DNA of 63,844 nt, counting the filler, from Neolecta irregularis DAH-3 (taxonomy: Eukaryota), in the NCBI GenBank assembly GCA_001929475.1. It is 21 parts of 21 records of this genome, joined end to end, with 100 filler letters (N's around TTAATTAATTAA, not from the genome) between each part and the next. Parts side by side here need not be neighbours in the genome. Positions count along the whole stretch, not along the records: positions 12,201 to 15,642 come from LXFE01001266.1; positions 15,743 to 19,244 come from LXFE01001271.1; positions 19,345 to 25,864 come from LXFE01001274.1; 18 more parts are not named here. One strand, 5' to 3'. Below the pieces are notes generated by a model. It searched no databases. It had not been told where the DNA came from and worked only from the letters and a program-made list of their open reading frames with translations. This document shows, piece after piece, positions 12,486 through 25,964 of the stretch. The translations under genes and the position numbers were made by a program. Each line of letters begins with the position of its first letter. The first letter of the stretch is position 1.

Positions 12486-15338
12486 CTAGTCTGTCTCATA
12501 TAGGCCCGTACGGCATTTCATCTTTGGTTTATCTGAGGAACAGGGATCGCTTTCTTCACCTTCATCACTACTGATCTCATCGTTCAGGATATTTTCATTT
12601 TCGCCTTTCTTCTGCCGTTCGAAGTCTTGAGCATGCTTATTTTGGAGAGAATTTGTGGCAGATGCCCAAGTACGAAGACCAGCGGGCATGTTTTCAAGAC
12701 GAATCGATCGTTTATGAATTTGCTGAGAATCTATCGCATCCATTTCTAGGTCTTGGGCTTTCGGAAATGGTAGTGGAACATCCCGATACGCACGATATCG
12801 ACCAACATTAGTCTGCTGTTCGTTTTCAACTCGGAAAAAATTCCAAATAAATCGACGAAAGATCTCGATCAACGCGATGAAGAAAGATGTGGAGGCAGAA
12901 TGTTGACGACGATTGGGAGCAATGATGTATATCAACCAACTAAATCGTAAGATTGGATCAATGGTGATGGCTGAATAGTATGCCTGATAATTAAATATAG
13001 CGAGTAAACGACAAATACCCAGATTTCCTTAAAACCAAGTTGATCTCGCAAAAGAGAATGTGGGGCATGTGGTTGCATCAAAGACCAATCCATAAACAGG
13101 TCCCACCATGCTACTCAATAAGGACAAGTGGATGATGAACTTACACGTATAAAGGCCGTTCAGCACCGCAAACAGGATGTATAAAATCTCGTAATTCGAG
13201 CCATCCTTGATCCGCCATAAACTCAAACAGACCTGCGAAAGAATAGTGCAAGTATACTTTCCGGCATTCAAAAGATGAATGTAATCTCGATTATCCCTAT
13301 AACGCCTAAAACACTGTAACCAGCGCCAAAGAGCTGGTAAAGCGAGAAAAACGACCATAATATGAGAGTGAGTTGAATTGCACTGTTCGGGATTCATGAA
13401 CCGGTTTGCGTAGAGACAAGAAAACAGCGAAGTATTTCCCATGGTGTATGCCAACGAATTATACTGATCCCCGAGAAAGAAATCCCGAAATTGAACTGCG
13501 AAAATCCCAGAAAGAAGAAGACGGCCCTTTTCAAATTAAGAAAAAAGCTGACATGGGGAGACATACGTTTGATTTGACAAACCATAAGCGAGAACTACGG
13601 TGGGCAAAATCAAACGGATTGAAGACTATAGCGAGAACCAAGCCAACGAAAAATAGAGGGTAGTAAATAGGATGAATTTTATCTGGACAGAAATTGTTGA
13701 AATTTAGCCATAAGAAAAAACTGAACAAAAATGAGAGAAATGCAGGTAACTGAACCGTTAATTAATACTCCTGACTAAGCTTATACAAACCTCAAAATAC
13801 TCTCGATATGCCAAATGATTCCGGGCATCGAACTCGAAGATAAAAACATAATTGATCTTATTTTCGGCCCAAACACAGCAGTTAACGCCAAAAAGAAGAA
13901 GGAAAAGTAAAGGAAGACCGAATGCTGCCCAAATTTGAAGAAGCCACGGCGCCTCTGGAAAAGGATATTTTTCAGGGAGGAAAACTAAGTGTCAGAAATA
14001 ACAAGGTGATCTAACCTCGGATGAGGCCGTCGATCAACAACACTATACTGAGCCCTATGTAAACACCGGTTCGGAAAACTGTTGGACTGTATTCCTATGG
14101 CTTAACTCGAATTCAAACTGCAGAATCTACCGAATTCTTCTCGCGAGAGCGTAATCTTTCGATTGCGCTCTTCCGATTGCCTTTAGTGAACCATTCTGCG
14201 TACATAGCCTACACTCAGAATTTCACCGTAAGATTAGAGAGATACTTCAGTTCGAGTCATGATATTATCTAAAACTTCGCTTTTTCCGAAATGGCTGTCA
14301 TTTATATTAGCCAGGTAAGCTTTGGATGATTTGATCTCAGCTATTTTATCAAACTTCTTTAGAATCTTCGCGAAGCCATTGAGATTCAACAGTCGATAGT
14401 TATGAAGCAGTTCTAGACTTCGATAAAACTCCAGTAGTGCCTACTATTCAGGTGAAATCTGCGAGATCATTATACATATTTAATCTTCCGTCTTCCAGCT
14501 CGATAGGAAACTGGTTTAAGTATTTGTTTGTGGGATGAATTCAGAGCCGGGTTGGCTGGTTTAAAGGCCGCCTCAACATAGTGCGCTGTAGTTCGCATTC
14601 TTTCGACTGGATGCTTCCAATCGAGTAAATTATTAGGTGTTCTTGTATCTGAAGGACTTTCAGCTTTCCTCTGTAATATTAAAATTTACTTCGCTAGGAT
14701 AATACCGCTTCTTCGGCTTTTCGAGCCTGGAGTTGTTGTAGTTGACAGCGAAGAACATTGTATCGCTGGACTGACTCGCTTTCTTTCTCACCATAAAACT
14801 CATTGATCTTATCAAGTTGACCGTCAAGCCATCTGAAAAATGTTTTTACTTCCTCATTCATTCCTACAAGTGGAACATCGTTACTGCTTATCTGAATTTT
14901 TGGTTTACGGATATTTGAAATGATTGTTGATATTTGTGGACTCCGTTTTGTTCGAGCCGTTATTGAAATTTTGCCAGAATTATCCCCAGTCGACGAATCT
15001 GATCCTCCATTTCTCTGATCTCCCCTGGGAATACCTGGACCCGAAGACTTCAAGCCAGCACGATCAGGTTGAGACTCATCATCAGTGTCCAACAGAGCCC
15101 TCGCCCGATTAGCTAGACTGAATTGTCGTATCGCATTTTTTCTCTTTCCTTGCTCTCGCTCAACTACATGTATAAGCTTTTTCCCCCTCTTATACTGAAA
15201 ATGAGTGGGTATCCATTCGAGGGTAGCAAACATCTAAATATTTTTCCTTCCATTCCGGAACGAGATGCGCATCAAGATATCTCCCGCATTAGTTTTGACA
15301 GCACTAAGGTATTTGTTTGCGTACTTCGCAAATTTCAT
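12486..15338 (-). CDS. SYG1: SPX-EXS domain protein (Syg1/XPR1 phosphate exporter family), multi-intron
   Basis: Start MKFAKY, FFRWLDGQLDKINEFY and NGFAKILKKFDK (SPX); WRWLQCFRRY, NAGKY and EIFRRFIWNFFRVENEQ (EXS). Confidence 0.92.
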
Positions 15339-15577
15339 GATGTGCAAAAATATATTCAGCAGAGATGGGATGAGACTTTTAGATGCCGTCCGTGGACATG
15401 CGAGAGGTGTTTTCAGAGACGAAGGAGTTTTTTTGAGGAGCGCTTTTGTTTCTCTAAATCTGGCACAACTACTAATCTGCCTGCGCGACATCGTCGCAAA
15501 TCTGATGAAACCACTCATTTTTTATACCCACAAATATTCTATCTGGATTATTTGAACCTATAGACTGAATGGGCCGT

Positions 15578-15642
15578 TGTAAGTGTTGGAGCTCGAGTAC
15601 AATAAGATCAGGTTATATTTCCTTAATCTAAGCTTGTAGGCG
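15578..15642 (-). mobile_element. LTR-like family A end
   Basis: Near-identical reverse complement of ~47960-48022. Confidence 0.65.
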
Positions 15643-16127
15643 NNNNNNNNNNNNNNNNNNNNNNNNNNNNNNNNNNNNNNNNNNNNTTAATTAATTAANN
15701 NNNNNNNNNNNNNNNNNNNNNNNNNNNNNNNNNNNNNNNNNNGCCGGTGCGGATGCGGGCTGCGGGTGGTCCTGCAGCGCAGTCGCGACGCAGTACAGGA
15801 TCGCCAGTGTCAAGAAGCGATCTTCGCGGGCAGCGGCCGGCACGCGGCTAGCGGCGGAAGAGGCCACTGCTTTGCCCTTGTCTTGTGCTGGGCGGGTGTT
15901 TGCCTGGCGGTTTCAGCTAAAGTGGGCCCGCTGCTGCCCCGGTGGCAACGCTGCGGTGCTTGTGGTGGTGCTGCTGGTGCTGCTGCTCGTCTCGCTCTGC
16001 GTCACTCTTGTTACTTTGTCGCTCGTTGATATAAACCGCGCTGCCCACCCGGTCTCGCTCGTCCCGCCGCCCTGTCAGTCTGTCCGTCTGTGTATGTCCT
16101 CTCTGCCGCGCTGCTCATCCACCAGCC

Positions 16128-17321
16128 ATGGATCCGCTGCGACAGCCGTTTCACCATCTGCACGACCAGCAGCAGCATCCGCATCTTCATCTGCAAGTGC
16201 AGCAACAGCATATACCCCAGCAGCAGCATATATCCCAGCAGCATATACCCCAGCAGCAGCATATATCCCAGCAGCAGCATATACCCCAGCAGCAGCAACC
16301 ACAGCCGCAGTCACAGTTCTGCCCTCACTTCTCCTCACAGATGCTCCCCCACTCCCTCGCCCACGACTACTACGACGCCCCCCCAGACTCCTTCCCGCGC
16401 TTCTCGGAACTTCTTTCCTTCCACGACCACGTCCTCGATCTCCCGCCGCACATGCAGGCCTACCTTAAGGAAACAGATCACTCCTATCTCGAGCCTCCCC
16501 AGATCTTCGGCAAGCCCCAAGACTACGGCCTCTACTCCTCCACAGACGACTACCCAGACCAGCCAAACTATATCTACTCGAATGCCTCCTCCCTCTACTA
16601 CCCCCCTGCAACCCCCCACTACCGCCACGAGCGGCCCCGCCTCGTCATACCGTCCCAGCATCACCAAGACCTCGCCATCCCCACAGTCTGTCCTCCAGAC
16701 TTTTTGATCCCTCCAAATTTCACAATGCTAAACACCCCCACTTCCCCCGCCTCGTCCGCCCCGCTCACTCCACCCTCCCAGAACATGCTGTTTACTCGAT
16801 CCTTGAGCCAGTCCAGCGACTGCTGCAACCCTGCTTCGTTATCTGTATCCAATGACACCTCAGACAGCGATATCTCTGAAGGCAGTGACGTGGAATCTGA
16901 CGAGGAATATACCCCAGTCGAAATTACGGCCCCTAAGCGCGGTCGCGTGCCTAAAGTAATCAAGGAATCCATGCGCGAAAACGCAGTCAAAGAACGCGGT
17001 CGTCGCGTCTCCAGAGGCCCAGATCCAGAAGGCGCAAAAGTCTTCGTCTGCGAAGTCCTAGGCTGCGAGAAACGCTTTCGACGAAGCGAACATCTCAAAC
17101 GCCATGTTCGAAGTCTCCACACCGGCGAAAAACGTACTTTCCCTTTTCCATTTCTCTCGGGAACACTTCTAACCGTTTCAGCGTTCGAATGTCAAATATG
17201 CCATAAAAGGTTTTCCCGCTCGGATAACTTGAATCAGCATCTACGTGTTCACAAATGCAAACATTCGACCGCGGAAGATCACGAAACAAAACGGAAACGC
17301 CGGAAAACTCGATCAAATTGA
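16128..17321 (+). CDS. C2H2 zinc-finger transcription factor, Msn2/Seb1/Com2-type; one in-frame intron at ~17133-17181
   Basis: [30 protein letters not shown] / [25 protein letters not shown]-rich N-terminus. Confidence 0.9.
   Translation: MDPLRQPFHHLHDQQQHPHLHLQVQQQHIPQQQHISQQHIPQQQHISQQQHIPQQQQPQPQSQFCPHFSSQMLPHSLAHDYYDAPPDSFPRFSELLSFHDHVLDLPPHMQAYLKETDHSYLEPPQIFGKPQDYGLYSSTDDYPDQPNYIYSNASSLYYPPATPHYRHERPRLVIPSQHHQDLAIPTVCPPDFLIPPNFTMLNTPTSPASSAPLTPPSQNMLFTRSLSQSSDCCNPASLSVSNDTSDSDISEGSDVESDEEYTPVEITAPKRGRVPKVIKESMRENAVKERGRRVSRGPDPEGAKVFVCEVLGCEKRFRRSEHLKRHVRSLHTGEKRTFPFPFLSGTLLTVSAFECQICHKRFSRSDNLNQHLRVHKCKHSTAEDHETKRKRRKTRSN
16195..16300 (+). repeat. Coding minisatellite, QQQ(Q)HI[P/S] x5
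   Basis: Tandem CAGCAGCAGCATATAYCC units. Confidence 0.85.
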
Positions 17322-19634
17322 GGAAGAAGCTGGCTTTTCCTTCCATCTGACTCTTATTTATATACAACATATCTTTATTGTCTTTTTTTATCGTTCGTGT
17401 TAAACAGCTTGAGTTGGTATCCTTGTTTTTCTTTCCTGTTCATGCTCTGAACATCTTGGAGGAAATCTGGGGAAATATTCTTGTTTCTCATAAACTTTAT
17501 TTCTTTGCTGGTTGGTGAAGGATACTTTGTTTGTCATATTCTTTCTTTTATCAACTATCTATGTTGTTGCGCGTCATATTTCGGTTATCTTTTGGGAGCG
17601 GGGCGGGGTTGGTGTAATCTGTCATTTCTTTTGATCGTATCTTTCTGCAGCTAGTGGTAATCTATATTTCATTGACCGAATGAATTGGATGTCTAGATGG
17701 TCTACACGATGGCAGGTCCTTACTTAGTTTACACGTATGTCACTTCGGTATAGATTTTATCAGTCGATCATGATTGGTGCATGAATTGACCGTGTTGGCA
17801 AGGTTCTAGTTTTACATATAATGGAAGAAATCTATTGGCCTAGCAGAAAAATCATTAATCGTTTTGATAACGTTTGTAATGTCCTATATCGTTTCTACAA
17901 GTCTCGGTATAAACGGGAAAAACAATCATTGTGCTTTTGCCAAGACTTATGTTTCCTTACTATGGGAAATTCAAATAACCGTCGATTATAATGATTGCAT
18001 GATAGAAACTAGCTTTAAAAATCTTTATACAAAGATTTGCCTTCTAGCATGTTTGTGTTAATCACGACGGTCATACCTCTCAACCTACCTCTCGCTTGTC
18101 CGGTCTGCATTAGACTTAGTCCCCTTGATAAGGTGAAAAGTACAACATTTCTACGTTCTGTCTAAATTCCGCGATGTTCCCTGTTACGCTTGAAAATCCT
18201 ACAAAACTAGGTGTGTAAAATTGGACAGGTACATTGGGACTGAGTATGCACTCAAACGACTGCCAGAGATTGGAGCCCATGTAGAATAAGGAACAGGGAT
18301 AATTGGCACATGAGATGTTTCTTTTGTTTAGCATGTGCCATGTATTTTTGACGGTTCCTTTTTTGATCCATAATTGGATAGCCCTTTCTAAAATGATTGT
18401 ATCCATGATGTATTCCCTTTGTGATACTAGAAAACACCCAGACTGGATGCTCTCTCTTATATACGAGAACACATCTTCCACGGTCGGACGAGATAAGAAG
18501 CCTTCTTCAGGCGGCTATTCCACCTTTAGCCCGAATCGTCAAAAGTCCTTGATTTGAGAATGAACTTTTCCCTAGTCCGGCCTCTTTGATTCCAGTGCAA
18601 GTTTTTATCTCATTCTAAAGACACAGTTTGTATCCTAGCCAACAATTCATGAGCTAGTATTCAAAGGTATTCTAAATGAGGCTGGCTAATGGATATGGAG
18701 TCGTGGTGTGAAATCATTTATTGGCTTGAGGAAGACTGTAACATCATTGAGGATATTTTTATGTATCAAGACCCGCTGGTTTGTCTGCCCGCCGTTCCCT
18801 ATAATATAATTGCGGTCTTACCGTTATCTCCAACAATGCCCTCGACAAGCTCTTACAAGTCTCCAACTAGGCCTAGACTTTTGATTGATTAGTTTATACG
18901 ACCAATCATGAGACTGCCCATGAACAATGGAAGTTTCTTTGAATCAGATGATCATTTGTCCCAGTTTGGACTATTGTGAGAATCCAATTGCTTGCTATCT
19001 CGAACATTGACTAACTTTTGAATAGAATTCGACCATTTTGGGTTCTGTTTTAATGATCTGTTCGCTAAAAGCCTCATGAGGGATTTAAGGTCTTCTGTTA
19101 CCGTGATATCTGTTCAGGCAATACCTTTTGTCCTTTTAGTAGTCTTGGCGAATAGCAATCCAAATCTTGTTTGTTGTCTTGATTTATTATTCATTGCCTA
19201 CACTGAAGCCAACTTCACAGCCTTCAACACTATGTCTGCTGCATNNNNNNNNNNNNNNNNNNNNNNNNNNNNNNNNNNNNNNNNNNNNTTAATTAATTAA
19301 NNNNNNNNNNNNNNNNNNNNNNNNNNNNNNNNNNNNNNNNNNNNGGTTTTTATATTGAGCAAAAGGATTGATCCATCAAATATTCTATCTTCAATTGGTT
19401 GTGTTCAAATTATCAAATGATCTTTTTGTATATATGTCATTCTATTATGCTGGGAGACGCCCAAGATCAGTGTGCATTTGAGGACCCAGGCGGCCTGAAA
19501 CAATGAATGACACTCACTGCATGTCTGACTTTGGATACTTTGAGTTCTCCAAGCTCATCAAAGAAATAGTTTAGAATCTGGAAATATGTGGTGTGAAACA
19601 GGATGAATGATATATATTACAAACTAGACCTCTC

Positions 19635-22369
19635 CTATCCAAACCGAATTTTGTGTTTATCAGGATCAAAAACTCCACCACCCGAGCTTCGTCGAAACTT
19701 TATTGGGGCAGAGGGATTCCACGTATCATTTCCCACACAATTTCCGAAAGGTTTTGTATTTCTTGAATTTTGCCTATCGGTATCGTATTCTTCCTTTGGT
19801 TGTTCATCGTCGTCGTCGTCGTCGATGACACTCCCTTGAATCTTTTGGATCAATTTCAGAGCTTCATAGTGACGTTGGTTGACTATTCTTCTAACCTCAT
19901 CGCGAAAACTAATCAATGGTTTCGCAAAATTAGAATAAAAAACAAGACCCTGTGAAAAATTCGACAACAATTCTTTAAATTTAAGAAAGGCAGTTTCTAA
20001 TTTCTGTAGAGTATCTTGTCGATTCTTCTCCTGTGGATCAGATTGTCGTGATTCAAGAAATTCGTTATTGGCGTCCTTGTATCATTAGTTAGGAAAAAGG
20101 CTTGGAATTTACTGTTATTTTTTGAAGAATTGATTCTTGAGTTTGTGTATCTTGTTTGATTTCTTTGTATAATGGTTGGTACCGATTTAAATGGAGTGTA
20201 ATCAAATCTTCAAAGTGAGCTGTATCGATCACCTCGCCCGGATTTTGTCTTTGTAATTCTTTACTTTGTAAGAGTATTTCAGGCACTAGTTCGATCAGTA
20301 GATATCTTTGTGAATAATATTAATACTAATATTATCGCCATCCATCCGTCTCTTCACATTCTCAATATCTCGTCGTCTCTTGGCTTCTAATCGAGATAAT
20401 TCATTCATCACATCACGGACCCTTCGAACAGCCTTTTCAGTCTGATAGCTTAATTTTGATTTTTTCGAGTTGGGCACAAAGGCTTCGAGATCGCTCTTGT
20501 TTAATTAAAAAATGGGCTAACAGTCATTGGCGTACTAATTCTCCACCTAAAAGAGCGATTAAATCTTCCCATTCTGCTAGACGACTGCGAACAAGTTCGT
20601 CGCTGTCCCCTGCATCTTCTAGCATCTTTTTATATTCGGTGCTTTTAGCCACAAGTCGTGTTAATTCTTCATTGTTTGCGCGTTTCCACCGATCAGTACC
20701 GTATTGTTTTTCTAAATTGATATTCTCGGTTTTTTCATCCGCAAGAATCATCATTGCCTATTTATAAGCTCGATTAAATAGGTTTCTTTACCTCGTTCCA
20801 TATTTCGATATCTTCAGTTCGCAAGCGATCGATGCTTTGTACTGCTTCATCTAATTTATCTACACCTCCTATTTCCTGGACTTGTGCTGCTCGCGAGATT
20901 AAAAGTGGCGGAAGACCAACGGGAAGCTCCAAAGCTTGAATACTACCGGGTAAATTCAACTCGTCCAGTTTCCTGAACATCAGAATCTAGAATTGTAAAG
21001 ATAAACTTGTTTGCAACGAGAAATAAACTTTCCCAAGATGAAATGATATCCCGAGCAACGACGTTTTCCCTACGATCATTGTATATCTGAACTGCTTTGA
21101 CAATATTCCAAGGAACCAATCGTCCAAAAAGGTATTGGGTAGTGGGATTCTCCAAAGCAGGTGGAACCACAGATTTGACTGTGACCGCGCCTTTTACAGG
21201 AGTCAAATCACGAATATTAGGAACGGAACCTTGATTTGTTAGTCGAGAGTATAAAAGGAGTATACATAAATAGATTAAATCATTATCGCGTTCGGCTCTT
21301 TCAAGAGTCTTTTTAACGGTCCATTGTAAACCCTGTAAATCCTCAATAACAGCATTTTGACACGCTCTCGCAACTTGTAGGGCCTTTGTCGCGCTGTTTA
21401 AAGCATCTCGTAAGCGTGCCACTTCATCTCCATATTGACTATTCGCTAGATGATTCTGTGATAACCGAAACTGCGACGCAGAATGGAAATGTTGGGATTT
21501 TAAATGTAAATGGTGAATTATATTCTCAATTAGAACCACTTCACGAAAACATTAGGTACCGTTGAACATACTTGAGATTTTAAAGCATGTGTATAAGCCA
21601 CATTGTAGAATTCCGAAACGCCGATACTTAGTCTCGCGATAGTAATATCCTTCAACGAATCTACAGATTAAAAAGGTGCATGTTAAAGGCGAGCCTAAAA
21701 CTGCTTTCTGCCAAACACTTTCTCCTGCTTGCGCCAACATACAATTCTCCAACATTGTCAAATTTTCAATATGCATTTCATCAGGTAACGCAGTCCCACC
21801 CTTCAACTCAAGTAAATAACGAAAACAACCAGCAGCATTCTACTCCGTCAACACATTTCTACTAAAACAGGGTATACTTGAAAATATGCAGCGCTGCGTT
21901 TTAAACCATCTTGTGTTGCCCTATTTTCCGAGACCCCGAGGTGTGAGTAAACCAGGCCTACAGCAAACACAACATTTGCCCTCTCGAATTCAAAATCATT
22001 TTGTACAATCGGCGATTTTAAATCGTGAGATAGAGACGGCAACCAAGCGAATTCAATCCCGATCTGTTTGATTAGTTATATTTCCGGGGGGACGTTCATC
22101 TTGAGGGAATTTGGAGAGCATTCCTAATAGATATGTGTGGTACCTATATATAAGCTGTGTATAGAGTCCACCTACATTAATAAATTCTGAAGTTTAAAAG
22201 GATGAGCGGAAAGATTAAGGATAGAGTCTCGGGTATCTTGTAAGACCTGGATATCACTTTCAAATGTTTTGGGCGATGCATCGTAATGTTGAGAGATATA
22301 TGAGAGAAGAGGTTTGGACAGGGATATAGGTAAAGTTTGTTTGAGTGGGAGCAAAAGCAAATTGGACAT
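19635..22369 (-). CDS. RIM20: pH-response BRO1-domain protein PalA/Rim20, multi-intron
   Basis: MSNLLLLPLKQT start, FERANVVF, MLAQAGESVWQKA, AERDNDLIY, LNLPGSIQALE, C-terminal WNPSAPIKF/KIRFG. Confidence 0.88.
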
Positions 22370-22421
22370 TGGATGTGGGAGGTTGGATATTAAATCGGGA
22401 TAGCGATCAATATATTTCTAG

Positions 22422-23762
22422 CTAAATAGCACGTAAACTCCCTACTTCCCTATCCAAAGCCTCCTTTCTAACCTTTTTCTTTTCAAAATCCAAGAAAACA
22501 CCATCTTCGGGGTCTTCTTCATCTGTGTCAGTGTCAAAAGAAGTAGGATGACGGGTTAAATTTGAGAGGCCGCGGGATCGAACTAGAGTTTGCTTTTGAG
22601 GGGAGGGGATGTCTGGAGGCTCGAGGGATGAAGAGATTGTGTTTCGACGTTTGAGTAAGCCTGTGATTCCTGCTCTTATTTTTGCGATCCAGCGAAATCT
22701 GGAGAATGCAGAGAGGAGTTCTTCTTCTGTTGGTTCTATTGTTTCATAATTTCGCGGATCGTTTTGGATGAGCCAGTCTGATGGATTTTCGAGGTTTGCG
22801 AGGGTGTATGGATGTCTTTTTACTTGTTCGAGGGAGTACCTTGAATCATGATTTTTGTCCAGGAGGGAGGAGAGAAGGTGTTGGATGTCGGGGTGGACTG
22901 GCCATGGAAGAGTGTATTGGTGAGATTCGATGCGTCGAAAGAGTTCGTATTCCGAGTCTGCCTTGAAGGGAAGAGTGCCAAAGAGGAAGCAGTACAGGGT
23001 GACTCCGAGGGCCCAAGCGTCTATTTTGTTTGTGATGCGGAGTTTTGTTTCAGAGGAGCATAATTCTGGAGCAAAGAAGGCGGGGGTTCCTGCTGTTTTT
23101 GAGAGTTGGTATGCCGAGTTTGGGGAGGTTGATAGGTATGAAACGCCGAAATCTGATATTTTTACGGTGTGAGAGGTTGTCCAGAGGAGGTTTGCAGGTT
23201 TAATATCCCTGTGGATGATTCCGAGGTGGTGTACTGCTGTTAGGAGGGAATTAAGGGCGGCGTACAGTACTCGAGGCCGAGGACTACGTCTCTGCAGACT
23301 TTTTGGGACTGGTCGAGGGAGAGGGCGGGGACGCCGTCCGCGGAGCGCCATACGACCTCGCCACCGGCCATGTACTCGAGGACCATGTATATTTTAGGGC
23401 TATCGTCCGAGTCTATGACTTCCTGGAGGCGGACGATGTGGGGATGGCAGCATTTTTTGAGGATTGCGATTTCGCGGCGGACGTTTGCGAGATGGGAGTG
23501 ATGTGCCGACTGGCGGCCGAGCGCTGGTCTGCGGTCTGCCTTTGGGAGTATTTTTATTGCCTGGCGGGTTAGCAGGGCGAGGATGGAGACGCACAAAAAG
23601 GGTGCCTGACTCGGTGTGGATGGCGAGTTTTACCTTTCCGTGGACGCCGCGGCCCAGTTCGCGCGCAAGCTCGTAGCCATTGACACACTTGCGGCCCGAC
23701 TGGGCGTTGTAGTCCTTGCGCAGGCGCGAAGTCTCGACCACGTCGCGGCGCAAGGGCTTCAT
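22422..23762 (-). CDS. CaMKK-type Ser/Thr kinase (Ssp1/Sak1-like), 2 introns
   Basis: LGRGVHGKVK, REIAILKKC, HRDIKPANLL, DFGVS, TAGTPAFFAPE. Confidence 0.9.
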
Positions 23763-23998
23763 TGGTGGTGAGCGCAGCACGTGGGTGCGGGGTCAATGTT
23801 CTGCACGTGACGCAGAACTGTATTCACCAGTGTCGGGTCTGCCAAGCTGAGACCCTGTTGTTAATAATTAGATACGTTATAGTCTTGTCCATTGTACAGT
23901 TTATGATATCCGACCATTGCAACCATGAATGAGAAGTTCGTATAGAAGTTCGTATAGTTGTGATATCGTAGTAGTTATTTCAGTCATCCCCCATTGTA

Positions 23999-25195
23999 CT
24001 ACTCATTATGTCCTTGCACTTGATGTCCCTGATGCTCTCGATCAACCTCCTCTCCAGTCAATCCAAATTGTAGCATCAAATCGTAAACCATGAAAAGCCG
24101 AAAATCGTCTGGAATACTGTTATGGAGAAATGCGTCTGGTGAAATTCTAAGCCACGTAACGGCGGTAAGGACGTCACCAGTTGGACCTTTAATTTCTGCT
24201 TCATTTGGGATTGTGTGGGCGAAATAGTCCGACCTCCATTTGATCTCTGGATTAAGGTCTTGTGGACAAATATCTCTGGTTGAGTATCAATTCATAGATC
24301 CCGAGATATGATCGCACTTCCACCAAATAGTGATCCAGTGGTTGTCTGGTAGCCGAACCAGTTGGAATCCTTCATTTTTCTTGGGCCGAGCAATTGCTTG
24401 CCATTGGTTCCAAGTCTCTGTATAGATCCCCAAAAATGAATTTTGCATATGTGAACACCATAGAAGCGTCGAGCGGTTCTTATCAAGTATCAGTCGTACC
24501 ATTTTGAGAATTTCAGGTTTCATCCACTCGACATCATTAACCTGAAGAGACGGTCGAGCTATTTTGGAAAGAATCCGTACCACCCCATGCCCTCCTATCG
24601 GCCTCGGCCGCGTAAACCATTGGTTATTCAACTGGGTTTTCCATTGATCCAACGATTGAAAATGTTCAACATCGCGAATAACGTTAAGACCAAACGTTTG
24701 ACCACTTGATAGCTCCAAGCTATGCTCTTTAGGGAAGGAAGGAAGGTCCATGCTGTAACAGTTAGCCATATTGAGAGATATCAGTGTATACTTGAAAGCG
24801 TGGTATTGTTTATTTTGGATGCATTCAGTAAAAGGTTTCCTGGTTTCAGGCAATAAAGTGAATTTGGCAGTATTGGGCGTCGGCAACCATGATAGATCAG
24901 GTTGTTCCGACAGTGTCATATCCAATGGGACCAAGGTCGCGTCGTCTTGTTCAAACTTCAAAAATCTACGGTCCGGGAAAAATATGTTGCATAGCCGTCG
25001 ATACTGAATATGACAACGGAGAAGCATGCGCCATGCATTTTACACCACTGGAGGCCGACAATAGCAGCTTGTTGAAGGGTATGATTTTCTATATTGAAGG
25101 CATATCCATTGTACGTATTTGTTTGTGACACGTAGTGATTTCTATCTCAGTGGAAATACAAAGTGAGAATATCAGGTAAGGTGATATGTACAGTT
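23999..25195 (-). pseudogene. PAN/Apple-like module plus Ulp1-like-motif domain; frameshifted paralogue of 25303-25864
   Basis: GLQWCKMHGACFSVVI in one frame shifts to RRLCNIFF...EQDDATLVPLDMT (neighbour: EEDERTLVTLDIT); intron ~24276-24317; no clear ATG. Confidence 0.55.
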
Positions 25196-25302
25196 CTAAA
25201 TAAAAGAAACGTCTGTCAATTGACCCCTCACATGCAACATTACACAATGTCACACAACACAACACAACACAACAAAGTATGATGTAGTAAGCGCAACATA
25301 GC

Positions 25303-25864
25303 TTACTGCTTCTTTTTTCCATTCTTTTTATTCTTCTTGTTTGGCTTTTTATTGCGTCCTGTACTCTTTTTGTGAGACTCACTACTTGCCAAGTTTTTAT
25401 TTGTCAAACTATTGCTTCCATGGGTTGTAGCTTCCTTTACAGATCCAGGGGTTGCAACTACAATGCCTTTCGAGGGAAAACCTTTCTTTATGGATCTAGG
25501 GGTCTTCTCGCTCTGCGTCTGTTGGGAGGTATGTACACTGCTATTAGATGTATGAAGAAAACCAAGAGAATACTTGTAAGCATAATATGTTCGTTCGCTT
25601 ATGCTTTCAGATATACTCGTTAGAATATCCGGAGACATGATAGTGAATAGTCTTGAAGGAACTTCCCTAAAACCAGATGATTTTTTCTCAAGAGTTTCCT
25701 GCGTAATATCCAACGTGACCAAAGTCCTTTCATCCTCCTCATAATAAGTCTCAAATTCTTTCTCGAGCAAAAAGCAAGCATTATGTCGAGAATGCCTAAA
25801 TGTGACAGTGGCCCGGCAAGAGGTCAATCTTAGGCACCAGGATAGACAGAGAGCGGCAATATCT
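25303..25864 (-). CDS. PAN/Apple-like module protein with Lys-rich tail, 5' truncated
   Basis: Frame open to the contig edge: LCLSWCLRLTSCRATVTF...NACFLL; ends KKPNKKNKKNGKKKQ. Confidence 0.6.
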
Positions 25865-25964
25865 NNNNNNNNNNNNNNNNNNNNNNNNNNNNNNNNNNNN
25901 NNNNNNNNTTAATTAATTAANNNNNNNNNNNNNNNNNNNNNNNNNNNNNNNNNNNNNNNNNNNN

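Noticed and set aside
18062..19244. Minus-strand hypothetical gene (121-aa ORF 18116-18481)
   Set aside because: No consistent splice model or family motif found; possibly a decayed gene
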